Source of the DNA: Octopus vulgaris
Taxonomy: Eukaryota
Direction: 5' to 3'
Assembly (NCBI GenBank): GCA_951406725.2
Contig: OX597815.1
Span: 17,670,001 to 17,734,000, forward strand
Length of the DNA: 64,000 bases
Below, piece by piece: positions 1 to 12,380 of this stretch. Positions within the stretch are counted from its first letter, which is position 1; each line of letters starts with the position of its first letter. The position numbers were made by a program, and so were the translations under genes. The notes below the pieces were generated by a model. That model was not told the origin of the DNA. It ran no database searches and worked only from the letters and a program-made list of their open reading frames with translations.

Positions 1-255
1 TGAAGACCGAAAAGACAAGTATCTGTAGCAGTGATTCTAACATTATTTAATGGTACAAAATCTGATGGAAGTAGACTGATATGGTTTAAGGGGAAAGAAT
101 AATGCCAAATGGATAAAGAATTAGAGAAGACAACCAATGATATTTTCATTTCTGTTTTGTGATACAAAAGAGAATGCCAGTTAAAGAAAGGTTAGTGCCA
201 TGTATGAAGAAATAGGAGGTTGAAAGAGAGAGTTTCATTGGGCAAAGTGTTATGA

Positions 256-313
<58 letters not shown>

Positions 314-615
314 CCTGCTCGCTTAGCCAAGCGGGGTGGCGTCATTTGAAGGCTAAAACAATGTGAAGCGCATTGTGACCAGCGATGTGTAGCAACATCT
401 GATAACCTGGTCGGTCACGGTGATCAGGGTGATATATGCATATGTGTGTGTGTGTGTAATCAATCTGCACATATATGTTTTATTTATTATTTTGCACATT
501 ACTTAATCATTGTTATATGTTTTATCTTATATTTAATCTTTCTATAAGATGTAATTTTTTTAAATGGTATAATTTAATTTTTCATTATTGAATTGATAAA
601 AGGTGGTTTTTCCTA

Positions 616-652
<37 letters not shown>

Positions 653-724
653 TTTGTGAAATTTGATTTAGTATTTCTAAATTGAAATTTTCCCTGTAAG
701 TTTGGAATAATATTCCCTCATATT

Positions 725-756
<32 letters not shown>

Positions 757-758
757 TG

Positions 759-952
759 TAGGTCCCGGGTTGAGTCGGGGTTAACCACAGTAAATAAGGT
801 ACTCAATACATAGCAGAGTAAAGTAATTTATTTTATAGAAGGAGCTTCTACAGGACTAGAACTGTTTCATTCAGATGAAATCTTCAGGAAGCTCCTGAAG
901 ATTTCATCTGAATGAAACAGTTCTAGTCCTGTAGAAGCTCCTTCTATAAAAT

Positions 953-955
<3 letters not shown>
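759..955 (-). mobile_element. (TA)n-inserted hammerhead-bearing short element (Penelope-like terminus), family 1, folded as a palindrome
   Basis: Flanked by (TA)n on both sides. The end GTAGGTCCCGGGTTGAGTCGGGGTTAACCACAGTAAATAAGGTACTCAA recurs inverted at 63193-63241. Perfect 63-bp arms at 827-889 and 893-955. Confidence 0.7.
843..893 (-). ncRNA. Minimal type-I hammerhead ribozyme motif (canonical core)
   Basis: Minus strand reads AGCTTC-CTGAAGA-TTTC ATCT GAAT-GAAA-CAG TTCTAGTC CTG-TA-GAAGCT: 6-bp stem I, CUGANGA/GAAA core, GUA site. A mirror copy lies on the plus strand at 890-939. Confidence 0.75.
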
Positions 956-1005
<50 letters not shown>

Positions 1006-1100
1006 TGAGGGAGACAAATTAATATTAATTTAATTAATATCAATTTAAAACCAGTAGCCCAGCATACAAAAATCTGAAAAATCAGAGAAAATTCTAATAC

Positions 1101-1228
1101 ATGTGTATATTCAAAGGGCAAGACTGCTAGGTAGTTGGCCACATGCTAGAAATAGATCACTAATGTTGGTGATCTATTTCTAGCATACTGCCGACTATCT
1201 AGCGGTCTTGCCCTTTGAATATACACAT
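1101..1228. repeat. ~62-bp-arm inverted repeat ending a (TA)n-flanked element (1001-1228)
   Basis: ATGTGTATATTCAAAGGGCAAGACTGCTAG...CTAGCGGTCTTGCCCTTTGAATATACACAT. The element start resembles 25830-25910 inverted. Confidence 0.8.
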
Positions 1229-1885
1229 ATATATATATATATATACATAATGTTCTAAGGTATGTTTAGTTATTACAATGATAAATCAGGCTCTTTTATG
1301 TCTTGGAATTAATACTTTTATCTACTTGAAAATATATATTACAAACTTTAGAATATTGGTCAAGAATTTTACAATAGGAAATGATTAATGAAAGCAACTA
1401 CAAACTGGTGACATGAACAGAGAAATAATTCAATTACAGCAAAGCTTATCAGAATTATACCACTAAAAATTACTCTTGTTATAATCAAGTAATCAACAAT
1501 AACGAACTGTATATAAGAGAAACTAGCATTAAGTGGTAACAATATAAAGAGAAGAGGTTATTACCCAGACTAAAGCATTAGATTCCAAAAGCATCCGTAT
1601 AATAAGGATGAGCTTCCTAATTAAGAACCATTAGGCTTTACGCAATGAGCTATAATGCTTATAGGCTATATTTGATTTACGATGTGAATTCTGAGATGGC
1701 CTCTGAGATGTGAGAACATGATTCTAATTTGAAATGAGAAGAGAAAGCTACTCTTCTGGATGTAGTCCAGCAGGAAAAAAGAAAAATCATATGGAGTGAA
1801 GGTAATAGAAAGAAACATATATGTAACTGAATTGGTGTGGCAGGGAATAAAAAGGTGTGGAAAATAGTAAAAAAAAAAAAAAAAA

Positions 1886-1916
<31 letters not shown>

Positions 1917-3349
1917 CAAATTACAGTAGAAAAAACTTTGCTAAACAAATCATCATCTTCTTTTATGTTTTTACATCTGTTGCTCTTTATGTTCAATGGA
2001 TTCAGCTGGAAACTGGCCTTGAGCCAGCTGCCCTTTACTCATTTCCTGTTAACCTCAACTCATTTGCAGGATTTCCTTGATCTATCTGATTATCTCACAT
2101 TATTCACACCACCACTACCACCGCTACCGCCACTGCCACCACCACCACCACCACCACCACTGACAATTTCCTTATTGCAGTTTCTATGGAAGTTGCTAAG
2201 AATCCCGAGGCTTCCCCCCCTCCATAATTAGATCACATATATGAAGGAATTTTACAGCTTTGATAAACTATTAGAAGACAAGCAGCTTATGGGAGGTGAT
2301 ATATAAAAGTAATAACAGGAAAGCAATAACAGCTGTCTTGACAATCTAATCTACACCGTTATATACAAAAAGACAATTTATACAGTGGTACATTTTACCT
2401 TATTATTGGGATTACTTAAATGTGCTAATAACTCTGAGAATGATCATAAAGTAGAACTTCATTGTTAATTCATTCTTGTTTGAGACTATTTGATGTTAGA
2501 ATTGCTACCTGACAATTCTGTTCGGCAATGTCAAGTCATAAAGAATAATATTGAAATTGTAAATGAAAATTAATGAGAAAAATAAAATTAAGAGTGCTAA
2601 TGTTAATTTAAACTTTCAACCTGACAAAGTCGCAGAGATGAGAGATAAATTCCAAAATGGAAGAATGTAGAAACAAAATAGTAATATATATATAGTAATT
2701 AGAGAAATGCTTTAGACAGTTTAGTATCATTAACAAATACTACCATAAACTAAAGTTTAGCTAAACTGACAAAACTAATATAACTCTTTGCCTGTTCCCC
2801 TACCCGAGGAAAAAAATGGTTAAAAATATTAAAACCAATCATATTATTGATAAAAAAAAGTTAGATCACCAAATTTCCACTGTAAAGTTTTCCACAGCTC
2901 ATAATTTTTCTATTATTGTGATCAGAAGACATTTTCCATTAAGGCATGAGATAAAAAGTGACCTCCTGTCTATCAATTTGAAGAGTCTTAGAAATAGATA
3001 ACAAGAAAGATAATGATATTTTTCAGCAGCTCATATGTTTTATGTATCCTTCTTTGACAGAAGGACACAGAATACTAACCATCAACTGACATATTCAAAT
3101 TCTGTTTAACCAACTTTCTATAACAGCTTTATTATCGTTCTCCTATTTTCAGTACATTTTCGTCTAAGCTGACATGTTTTATGCCCATCATGTTTTATAT
3201 TTCTTTATTGATAGAGTTGAAAGTAATCGTATACAAGAAAATATTTCTAATCTTGCTTTGAAATTACTTAGGTTCTTATTTAGATTCGCATGTTCTGTCC
3301 TAAATTTATAATATCAAAACTATTATAGTGGAAATTTAAAAATATTTTC

Positions 3350-3758
3350 AGATCTTTTCAGTTTGAACGGCAGTTTTTCCTAGTGGTGTCATGTGAAATT
3401 GTCACCCATAATTATGACCCTAGTATCGATCTATTGCATTTCAATCTGTTCTAGGGTTAGGGTTAGGGGTGGGGGGAAGGGTATCTTTTTTTTCTTCACA
3501 AATGTAAATAAACCCAATCTGTTTCTTAAACGAGGGACATATTCATATGGCACAGAATGTTTTTTACCTCAATAGACATCAGTGATTGGTTGAAATTGAA
3601 GAATAAAAACAACAAATATCTTACAAACCATAGAATTTTCTCAATAAAGCCAAGAGAAAAAGATGTTTTATAAACACATTCTACCAGTATACGAAGTTTA
3701 AAATTTTTTAGTTACCAAGGAAACATGTTAAAAACTGCCGTTCAAACTGAAAAGATCC
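3350..3758 (+). mobile_element. MITE with 28-bp TIRs and 8-bp TSD (Merlin/hAT-type TSD length)
   Basis: TIR GATCTTTTCAGTTTGAACGGCAGTTTTT and its reverse complement. TSD ATATTTTC at 3342-3349 and 3759-3766. Internal TTAGGG-like repeats. Confidence 0.85.
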
Positions 3759-4599
3759 ATATTTTCTTATCACAAACTTGTTCATTCATATGGTACCACA
3801 TATAAAGCACATTACAGCATTTACCCCACCTACACTGGAAATCTTTCTCAGTTTTCTCACCCTGATTAGTAAAAAGCCCCAACCTTCTGACTGTGATGAT
3901 TGTTTGCATCCCCTTCAGCAGCTCATACAGTTTATCTAACAGACACTGCTCCTCTGTATCAGAATCTTGGCAACAACAGTAATAAAAAGTCATAGTAAAC
4001 ACCTATAACACTGAAATATAAGACGAAATGGAAAAAGAAGATACAGAATCTAAAAGTTGGGAATAAGTTTAGAGAAATTCTAATTAATGTATATGACTGT
4101 CATAGAAAGACTTAGATATCAGAGGTGACAGCTGGGGATTTCTATGAAGTAACCTGCTTAGGGCTACAGATCAGACACGTGACTGAGGCAAGGGATCGTG
4201 GTGGTGGAATAACACAGTTGATAGGGAAGTAAAGGCTAAGGGACAGACTTGTAAAACCTAGAAATTAGGTAGCAGGGAGCATTTCCAAATGGCTAGAAGA
4301 GCAGTGGGGAAAAGGTGTACTTGGATAAGGGTGAGGCAGAAAAGAAGGGATTTGTGCATGTTCTGCAATGTGAAGAATAGAGGCACAGAGTTTTCAAGAT
4401 TGTGAAACAATTTGTGAGAGAGAATTGGAACATCATTGGCAAGTGGTGTACTCAGAATAAAGAAAGTATTCTCATAATTGATATGGAAAACAAGAAAATG
4501 GTACGGAAGTGTTATTATGTTCTTATGAGGTTACCGAGTAGGGACAATGCAAGGAATATCTCATGCTGACCTTACAGAGGGACCAGCAATTCAAGCTGA

Positions 4600-5030
4600 C
4601 AGGAATGCAGACATAAAGTGATTAAAGGCATGTAAAGAGGGAAAGCTGCAGGATTCATCTGGGATAGCGCAGAGATTCTCAAAATATCTGGTAAAGTAGG
4701 ATACATGATTACCAGCTGGATAATTAATGAAATTATACAAGAAGCTGCCATACACAAGAACTAGTGTAGTACTATCATTGTAAGCTGCTACAAATTCAAA
4801 GGAAATGCCTTAGAAACAGCTATATAGGAATCAGACTATTGGATCAGGTTATGAAGGTTTTGGAACACAATTGATCCATAACAGAGTAGACCTAAAAAAG
4901 ATGCAACTTTGCTTCACACTTGAAAAAAGTAGCATGGATACAACCTTTCTAATGAGGCAATTACAGGAGAAATATCTAGCAAAGAGCAAACCATTATTCC
5001 TAGCTTTTACTGACTTGGAGAAGGTCCTAC
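4600..5030 (+). mobile_element. Degenerate RTE-clade LINE reverse transcriptase fragment
   Basis: Translates to GKAAG..AEILKISG and ..MDTTFLMRQLQEKYLAKSKPLFLAFTDLEK (RT motif 'F.DLEKAFD'), with stops and frameshifts. Confidence 0.8.
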
Positions 5031-5399
5031 CTTTCCAATCTTCTATAGTTATCATCCCTTAACACTTGTTCTTTATTATATTCATCCTCTCATCCAAACC
5101 ATCTCTCCCCCACCAATACACTCCTGTAACCTCAACAAACCCACACTTCCTGTTCTCCTATCCCTACTCACTTCTGTTCACCTGTATCTTGTGGGTTCAC
5201 CCAACCCAGACACCTCATCACCGCTATCTTATTTCTTTCCAGTTCCACCTTGGCCACTCCCACCCTCTTTCCTAAAATGTGAACAGTTATGTAGCTCATC
5301 TATTGCAAGAAACCGGTTCTATTCTGGTCCCTCCTATCACACTTTAGCCCCTCATACCACTTTACTGTATCTGCACCCAGTCAATAAGAGTTCTTGGTA

Positions 5400-5600
5400 A
5401 GGTGGTGAGCTGGCAGAAATGTTAGCATGCTGGGCGAAATGCTTAGCAGTATTTCATCTGTCTTTACATTCTGAGTTCAAATTCCGCAGAGGTCAACTTT
5501 GCCGTTCATCCTTTCGGGGGTCGATAAATTAAGAACCAGTTGCATACTGGGGCCGATCTAATCAACTGCCTAGTAAAGCCTTGTGCTTAGTGTAGAAAAG
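5400..5600 (+). mobile_element. SINE family B (CpG-decayed copy)
   Basis: GGTGGTGAGCTGGCAGAAATGTTAGC...GAGTTCAAATTCC...CATCCTTTCGGGGGTCGATAAATTAAG; homologous to the copies at 41532, 52965 and 57750. Confidence 0.85.
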
Positions 5601-5619
5601 AATAGGGGTTCTTAGTCAT

Positions 5620-5835
5620 GTGGATTGCATGGCAGCCTCACAGATGCTGGTGCCTTGAGAAAAAACACCCAGTACATGCCATAAAGTGGTTGCTATTAAG
5701 AAGGGCATTCAGTCGTAGAAACTATGTCAAAGTAAACACAGGAGCTCAGTGTAGTCTTTGGGTCTGTCGGATCTTGTCAAACCATAGAATCCATGCCAAC
5801 TTGGAATGTGAATGTTAAATGATGATGATGATGAA
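5620..5835 (+). mobile_element. Family C retroposon 3' part ending in (GAT)n
   Basis: AAGGGCATTCAGTCGTAGAAAC...CCATGCCAAC..GTTAAAT(GAT)n; homologous to 11915-12110. Confidence 0.65.
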
Positions 5836-5937
5836 ATTTATCTAAAATTTGTTTATTTGTATTAGTAATTAAAAATAGATTTTTATGACTATGATGTAAT
5901 ACCTTTTGCACAAGACAATACTTATGAAAAATCTGAT

Positions 5938-6290
5938 TCATCATCATCATCATCATCATTTAACGTCCGCTTTCCATGCTAGCATGGGTTGGACGATTTG
6001 ACTGAGGTCTGGCGAACCAAACTCCAATCTGATCTGGCAGTTTCTACAGCTGGATGCCCTTCCTAATGCCAGCCACTCCGAGAGTGTAGATGGCCAGTTT
6101 GGTGGAACTGGCAATGGCCATGCCCAAATGGTGCTTTTTATGTGCCACCTGCACAGGAGCCAGTCCAGCGGCACAGGCGATGACCTCGCTCGAATGTTTC
6201 ACATGCCACTAGCACAAGTGCTAGTAAGGCGATGCGGTAACGATCACGCTTGAATGGTGTGTTTAACGTGGCATCGGCATGAAGGCCAGC
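5938..6290 (-). mobile_element. Family C retroposon with internal ~60-bp subrepeats and (GAT)n tail
   Basis: (CAT)n-TTAACGTCCGCTTTCCATGCTAGCATGGGTTGGACG...; same family as 14140-14625 and 18480-18755. Confidence 0.8.
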
Positions 6291-7855
6291 TCAACAAAAT
6301 ATCAATACCATTCCACTTTATCAATTCAGCGACCCACAATTTCATGGTAGGGAAACCTTCAGATAGTTGTTGCTGTTTAATCTCAAGTCAGCCTTGACAG
6401 AGTGTGCTTTAGATTAAAAGTTGCTACAATTATGAACATCGGTCTTTATATTTTAATATTGTATACTAAAGTCTACATTATCCAATGTATCCAACCTTAA
6501 TATGATATGATGTGGTACGAGGAAGATTTGGTTGCAAATCAAGAAACACCTATCTTTATTTAGAGCTTTAGTCGAGAGAGGAATGGCAGTATCTATGACT
6601 CTTTGCAGGATCTCTGAGACTTGTAGTAGAGACGTTATTCTGAAACTGGAGACTTAGCTTGGTTGCTTGCAACAGAGTGACATCACTAAAGGTAGCCAAA
6701 GGTCAGAGAGGGCTGTGCAACCAGATGGTGTATTAAAAGCAATAAGAGGCTTTTCTCTTTAGTTTGTTTATAGATTGTGTTACTAAGAAGTGGAAAAATG
6801 AATAACTTCATGACAATAGAAAATATCTAATCCTAAGTTTCACATTAGCATCTTTTAAGACAAAAAAGAAAAAAGAACTTGTTTAAGAAATAGTTTTCGC
6901 TAATGAAGAACACTTTATTTATAGCAGTCTTAAATAACATCCACACAAAATGGTTAATATTGAATGGCAATACACTAAAAGCATTTCTGAGTGTTGATAT
7001 TGTTCTCAACATATTTGAAAATAAATTCTGGAAGTTCCAGAATACATCATCATCATCATCATTATCAGTATCACCATCATCATCATCATAGATGGAAATT
7101 CTATAGCACCAACACAAATGGCAATAAAATTTTATTTTGTTGTAAGCAAATAACAAATATCTATTTTGTAACCATATATGTTTTATAAACAAGGAAGACA
7201 GTTTTTATTCCAGAAGAAAAAAAATAGAGAGAGAGAGAGAGAAAAGAAAGAAAAAGAAATATGGTATTGTAAGTAAACAGTAAGAAGAGTCGTTTGACAT
7301 TCAAGAGAAAGTCTTATGTAATAGAAATGGTATGTTAATAGTATCAAAGTTAAATCATCATATATTTTGTTAGTTTCTAACATAAAATGTGTTGTCCAGA
7401 GTTTTGCTTAATAACAATAATTTTTTTTTTTTTTCTCCAATTTGCTATTTACTATTTGGTTTGAGTCCAATTTCACTTAAGTCATTAATAATATCTAACA
7501 TTTATATTTCTTGATGTACCATATTTTTGTGACAAAAACATCTGCAAATGAAGCTGCTGTTTTATCTCTGAAATGTTGGAACAGGTTGAAACAAGTGTGA
7601 ACAATGATTAATTATGTAATACACCATACAGTAAATGACATTACCAATTTAGCAGGAACAAACATACTTAGTCTAAATTGGCAGTGAAAACTGTCTTGGG
7701 TGAAAAGCCTAACTTTTTTGAGAACACATCTTCAACCGTTGTGATTTTGGTTCTTACTTAGAAACTAACTCCTAAGACCTTTCATTGGTATACTACAAGC
7801 ACTTTTATCTAATTGTGTATGCCTTATATACATTCAATGATGTACAAAAAGTGCT

Positions 7856-8310
7856 TTTTTTTTCTTTCTAGTTTTAGCTCAGAGCTGTGGCCATGCTGAA
7901 GCACCGCCGTTTTGTGCTACACTGTTATTACTAAGACCCTCCTCTAATATGTGGCACTTGGTGAAGAATGGAATTTGATATAGTTACTCTCATTTCCACC
8001 TCTTGCCGTGAGGTAGTTTTCAACTGGGACTCTCGACAGGAAGAGGTCCAGCTTTGCTTTAAAAAACCCTACATCTACTTTGTGCAAATTCCTCAGACTC
8101 TTTGGGAGAATATCAAAAAGCTGTGGGCCCTTGAAACCCAGGCTGCTGCAGTAACTGGTCCTGAAGCGTGATGGTATTGCTGGGATCTTTGGCACTATGC
8201 AGTGTCGACCCGTTCTGGCATTGGTGTAGTTTTCAATGCCAAAATTTGGCACAATTCCTTCCAGGATCTTCCAGATATATATTACTGCATACCTGTCCCA
8301 TCTTCTCTCC
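7856..8310 (-). mobile_element. 3' end of a CR1/L2/Jockey-group LINE (ORF2 C-terminus plus 3' UTR)
   Basis: SLERRWDRYAVIYIWKILEG...GPQLFDILPKSLRN...FKAKLDLFL is a typical ORF2 C-terminus. The 3' end reads GGCGGTGCTTCAGCATGGCCACAGCTCTGAGCTAAAAC followed by an A-rich tail. Confidence 0.85.
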
Positions 8311-8624
8311 AAAGACAAAATGTTTTTGCAAAGACAAAATGGAACCAAAATTAATTATATCGCACAAAGCACGACATAGGTATAAATAAATAATTTTGTT
8401 CAAAAACATAATTTGTTGACCAAATTATTAATTGAAACATTATTCTTATTCGAAACCATTTTGTTTACCTGGCTAGGTATACAAAGTTACACTGAAGTAT
8501 TTGATATGATAAAACTCTTTTGGTGAGAAATGTATAAAATTATAGTCAGAAGGACTAAAATAATTTAAATGTAACCATTGGTGTAGTTAATAGTTAAGTT
8601 GAAGTCCATACATGTCCATAGGTG

Positions 8625-8948
8625 CAGGAAGTGTCTTCTACAATAGCCTCGGGCCGACCAAAGCCTTGTGAGTGGATTTGGTAGACGGAAACTGAAAGAA
8701 GCCTGTCGTATATATGTATATATATATATGCGTGTGTGTGTTTGTATGTCTGTGTTTGTCCCCCTAGCATTGCTTGACAACCGATGCTGGTGTGTTTATG
8801 TCCCCGTTTCTTAGCGGTTTGGCAAAAAGAGACCGATAGAATAAATACTGGGCTTATACAAAGAATAAGTCCCGGGTCGATTTGCTCGACTAAAGGTGGT
8901 GCTCCAGCATGGCCACAGTCAAATGACTGAAACAAGTAAAAGAGTAAA
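8625..8948 (+). mobile_element. SINE family A, 5'-truncated
   Basis: AAGTGTCTTCTAC..GGGCCGACCAAAGCCTTGTGAGTGG...GCTCCAGCATGGCCACAGTCAAATGACTGAAACAAGTAAAAGAG. Confidence 0.9.
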
Positions 8949-10104
8949 ATAGTAGTACATGTGGTTATACATTTGTCCACATGATATCACAGTAAACTTA
9001 AAAGTGATTTAAGACCAACCAAAGAAGTTTTGGTGGTTGAATTTACTTTAAATTTCTAAATTAAACACAAGAACATTCTTTTCAAACCAGACTTTCAATT
9101 TACTATTTGATAGTAGTTTTCAAAATTTTTAGTTTTTGCCAAGATTTAGTTGAAAATTGTAATTGTTCTGATGAATATAATACCCAACTGCAACTGTACA
9201 CCTGCTGACATTTACTTCTGAGACAAAAAAGAAGCTTAATTTTTAAGTAATCCCTTCCTTAGAGAATTTCTAAAATTAACAAACACTAATGAAAAAGGAA
9301 AGAAGAGAAAGAAAATTCAAGAATTTCTTCAAGAATTTCCTCCAAAGAAATGGCTTTAATCTGCAATAAGGCATTTGATCAAAGTTGCTAATAGTGTTGG
9401 ATATGCAGAAATGCTGATGAGATTCAAATATTACAGAGTAAAACATCAGTGCATTATTTAACCTCTAAATATAAAAGAAACAGACAAGTCTTTCAGAAAA
9501 GTAGTTTGTTAATAAATGTATAAAAAAAAAAAAAAGAGTTCTTAGAATAAAAAACAAAAAAAATCTCTTTTTAACTAGATTATTAATTAAAGAATGAATC
9601 TTCCTAGAAATCAATTACTTTAGTTTGAGAAGTATACAAAGTTAGATTGAAATATCAAAAGTAGTAAAATAGAACTTACACATAGATGGGATTGAAAATT
9701 GAAGTTGATTTACAACAGGCCATTGTTGATTTTCTTTTTTTGTTTTTTGAGCCTAAATCAACAATAAATGTAGGTTCCGATACGAAAATAAAATATCAGT
9801 ATTTCACGCTTCAGTAGAGTTTTGATTAATTGGTGAGTTCGTTTCCAAGAAAATAACAGAAGATAATTTCACTGAATGAAAAATCCGAAGTATCATTTCC
9901 CCCCCATTAAAACACACAAAGTGTGTAACTCCTATGTAAGAATGCAGAAAGTGTCAACTCCGAGTATGAAGACATCCTGAGAGCTTTCATTAAGAAAGTG
10001 GTTTTTCAAATATGTGATAAAGGGAAAGTTATTAAGAATCTGTATTGAGAAGTACTACAAGGAACTGATCCGTTCACAGCAGCTAAAGTTGACGCCATTC
10101 ATAC

Positions 10105-10460
10105 CTTGCTGTCCCTTAATTTTCACTGTCATGTTTCTTTCATTTCATCAAACAAATTATTCGCCGTCCATGAAACACAACTTCAGGCATTTACCAAACG
10201 GACTCAAATTGCGGATCTTTGGTAAGAGGAAGCCATTCCCCTGAAGTGCACGATATTTTAAAAACTGGCTTTGTTGTCACTTTTTTACCTCTTTTGGTCA
10301 AGCTTTCTTCTATTTAGGAGTTGTAATCTAATCATGGATACTGGAAATGAATGCTACTCCAGTTAAGGAACTTCTGCAAAAGCGTCCGTTCAAGCTGTTA
10401 ACACTAATAATTTGATAAAAACCGGCTGGAGGAAAACGCTCACGGCGCCCTCCACCGTAT
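10105..10460 (-). CDS. Candidate exon: 5' UTR with several uORFs plus a putative start codon (CDS 10132-10105, MTVKIKGQQ, phase-1 donor)
   Basis: Acceptor GTTTTGTTTCTAG|A at 10461, donor CAG CAAG|GTATGA at 10105. Non-repetitive and CpG-retaining inside a CpG-depleted region. AAAC-ATG context. The protein is not identifiable. Confidence 0.45.
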
Positions 10461-10877
10461 CTAGAAACAAAACACCAACGAAAATTTCGACCCGTAAAGA
10501 ATAAATACTAGATAACTAAATAAAGTAGGCTGGTGTTCTTTATCAATGACTTACACTCTAAATGAAAATAGTTTCAATATCTTAGACAAGAGCATTTCAC
10601 AAAATTAAGCTGATTCATCATTACAAACGTATAGAGATATAGTTTTATTTCCTAACATCAGTGGAATTTAACAACCATTCAAAACCTAAAAGTTCATTAT
10701 GTTTCTTAATGAACGATGATGATTATTATTGCTGTGGTTCTTGCAATAAATATACCACCTCCACTACACCACTTATTTTGCTCCCAATCAGAATTTGATT
10801 TTAACATAACTTACTTTCAAGAACTAAACCCTGCTCCATTGACATAGCATTACATTAAACGCTACACAATACATATT

Positions 10878-11290
10878 CTCTACTCTTTTACCTGTTTCAG
10901 TCATTTGACTGCGGCCATGCTGGAGCACTGCCTTTTAGTCGAGTAAATCGACCCCAGGACTTATTCTTTGTAAGCCTAGTACTTATTCTATCAGTCTCTT
11001 TTACCGAGCCACTAAGTTACGGGGACGTAAACTCACCACCGTCAGGTGTCAAGCAATGGTGGGGGGACAAACATAGACACACAAACATATACACACATAC
11101 ACATATATATATATATACATATATACGATGGGCTTCTTCCAGTTTCCGTCTACCAAATCCACTCACAAGGCTTTGGTCGGCCCGAAGCTATAGTAGAAGA
11201 CACTTGCCCTAGGCGCCACGCAGTGGGAATGAACCCGGAACCATGTGGTTGGTAAGCAAGCTACTTACCACACAGCCACTCCTACACCTA
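10878..11290 (-). mobile_element. SINE family A, full length (tRNA-derived head)
   Basis: Head AGGAGTGGCTGTGTGGTAAG...GGTTCATTCCC (A/B boxes), internal (TA) tract, family tail. Confidence 0.9.
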
Positions 11291-11914
11291 TCTAATAATT
11301 CTAACATGCCTTTCCTCGCCATTATGACTCATTGAGATTTCTTTTGGAACATAGATTCCTCACCTTCAGTTCCTCTTCTACCAGTCTCTACCAGGTGATT
11401 CTCCGGCATCCTACCCTCCTTATTTCCTCTGGTGTCTAATTGAAAGTATACCTCAGTAATCCCCTCTCTCTCTCTCATCTTCTTGACATATGATCTACTC
11501 AGCTCCATTTTTGTCTCACCACTTGTTGGTTGGTGAGTTGCCATGTGGTTTGGCAAAGAGGTCTTTGTTGCTCACAATTTCTGGATAACTAATGTCAACA
11601 GAGATTTGATGTCACCATTGGAAAATTCTCTGCTTAACATGCTGAGATATACTATGCTTCTTAAATATATAAAATATTTCAATTTGCTTGACCATAACAG
11701 AGTTGAGGTCCTTGCTTTGAATTTTCATAGTCTTTGCATAGCATGTAAAAAGCACCAACCGATCGTTTTTTTCTATGTTAGCATGAGTTAGATAAGTATA
11801 TTATTTAGGTATTGCTCTGCAACTGGGTCCCATTCCTAGCACAAACCCTAACCTGTTTTTCAAGTGAGGAACCTCTTATTTCACATATCTTCAAAGGTAC
11901 AAAGTCAATGGTTG

Positions 11915-12110
11915 ATTGCCGGTGGCACGTAAAAAGCATCCATTACACTCATGGAGTGGTTGGCGTTAGGAAGGGCATCCAGTTGTAGAAACACTGCCAG
12001 ATCAGACTGGAGCCTGGTGCAGCCTTCTGGCTTCCCAGACTCCGGTCGAACGGTCCAACCCATGCTAGCATGGAGAACGGATGTTAAGCGATGATGATGA
12101 TGATGATGAT
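11915..12110 (+). mobile_element. Family C retroposon 3' end
   Basis: GCCGGTGGCACGTAAAAAGCA...AGGAAGGGCATCCAG...CATGCTAGCATGG...(GAT)n. Confidence 0.85.
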
Positions 12111-12380
12111 TTTCCAGTACAGTGAAAGCAGATTGCGGGATAAGGGAAACAGGTTTTTAAGTAAACTCAAAGTTTATAATAAAACAAAATAAATACCAGT
12201 TTAATTCTGATAATAGCAATAAAAATATATTCTCTAAATCAGGGTGTTTTAAAAACAGTTGTGTTGTCAATTTTAGAAGCTACTAATATTAACTTTTTGT
12301 TAATATTAATTTTAAATTATCTGCACTTGTTACCAAGCCAAGCATATACCAATTAATTAATTTTAATCATTACAGGTTAA

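Noticed and set aside
3742-4002. Possible minus-strand coding exon (VFTMTFYYCCCQDSDTEEQ...)
   Set aside because: Splice-like sites exist, but phase-1 continuation from 10105 hits stops at both acceptors and I recognise no protein.
9407-9455. AATG-CTGATGA...CATT hammerhead-like or hairpin motif
   Set aside because: It lacks GAAA (reads TAAAA), the triplet would be GUG, and there is no repeat context.
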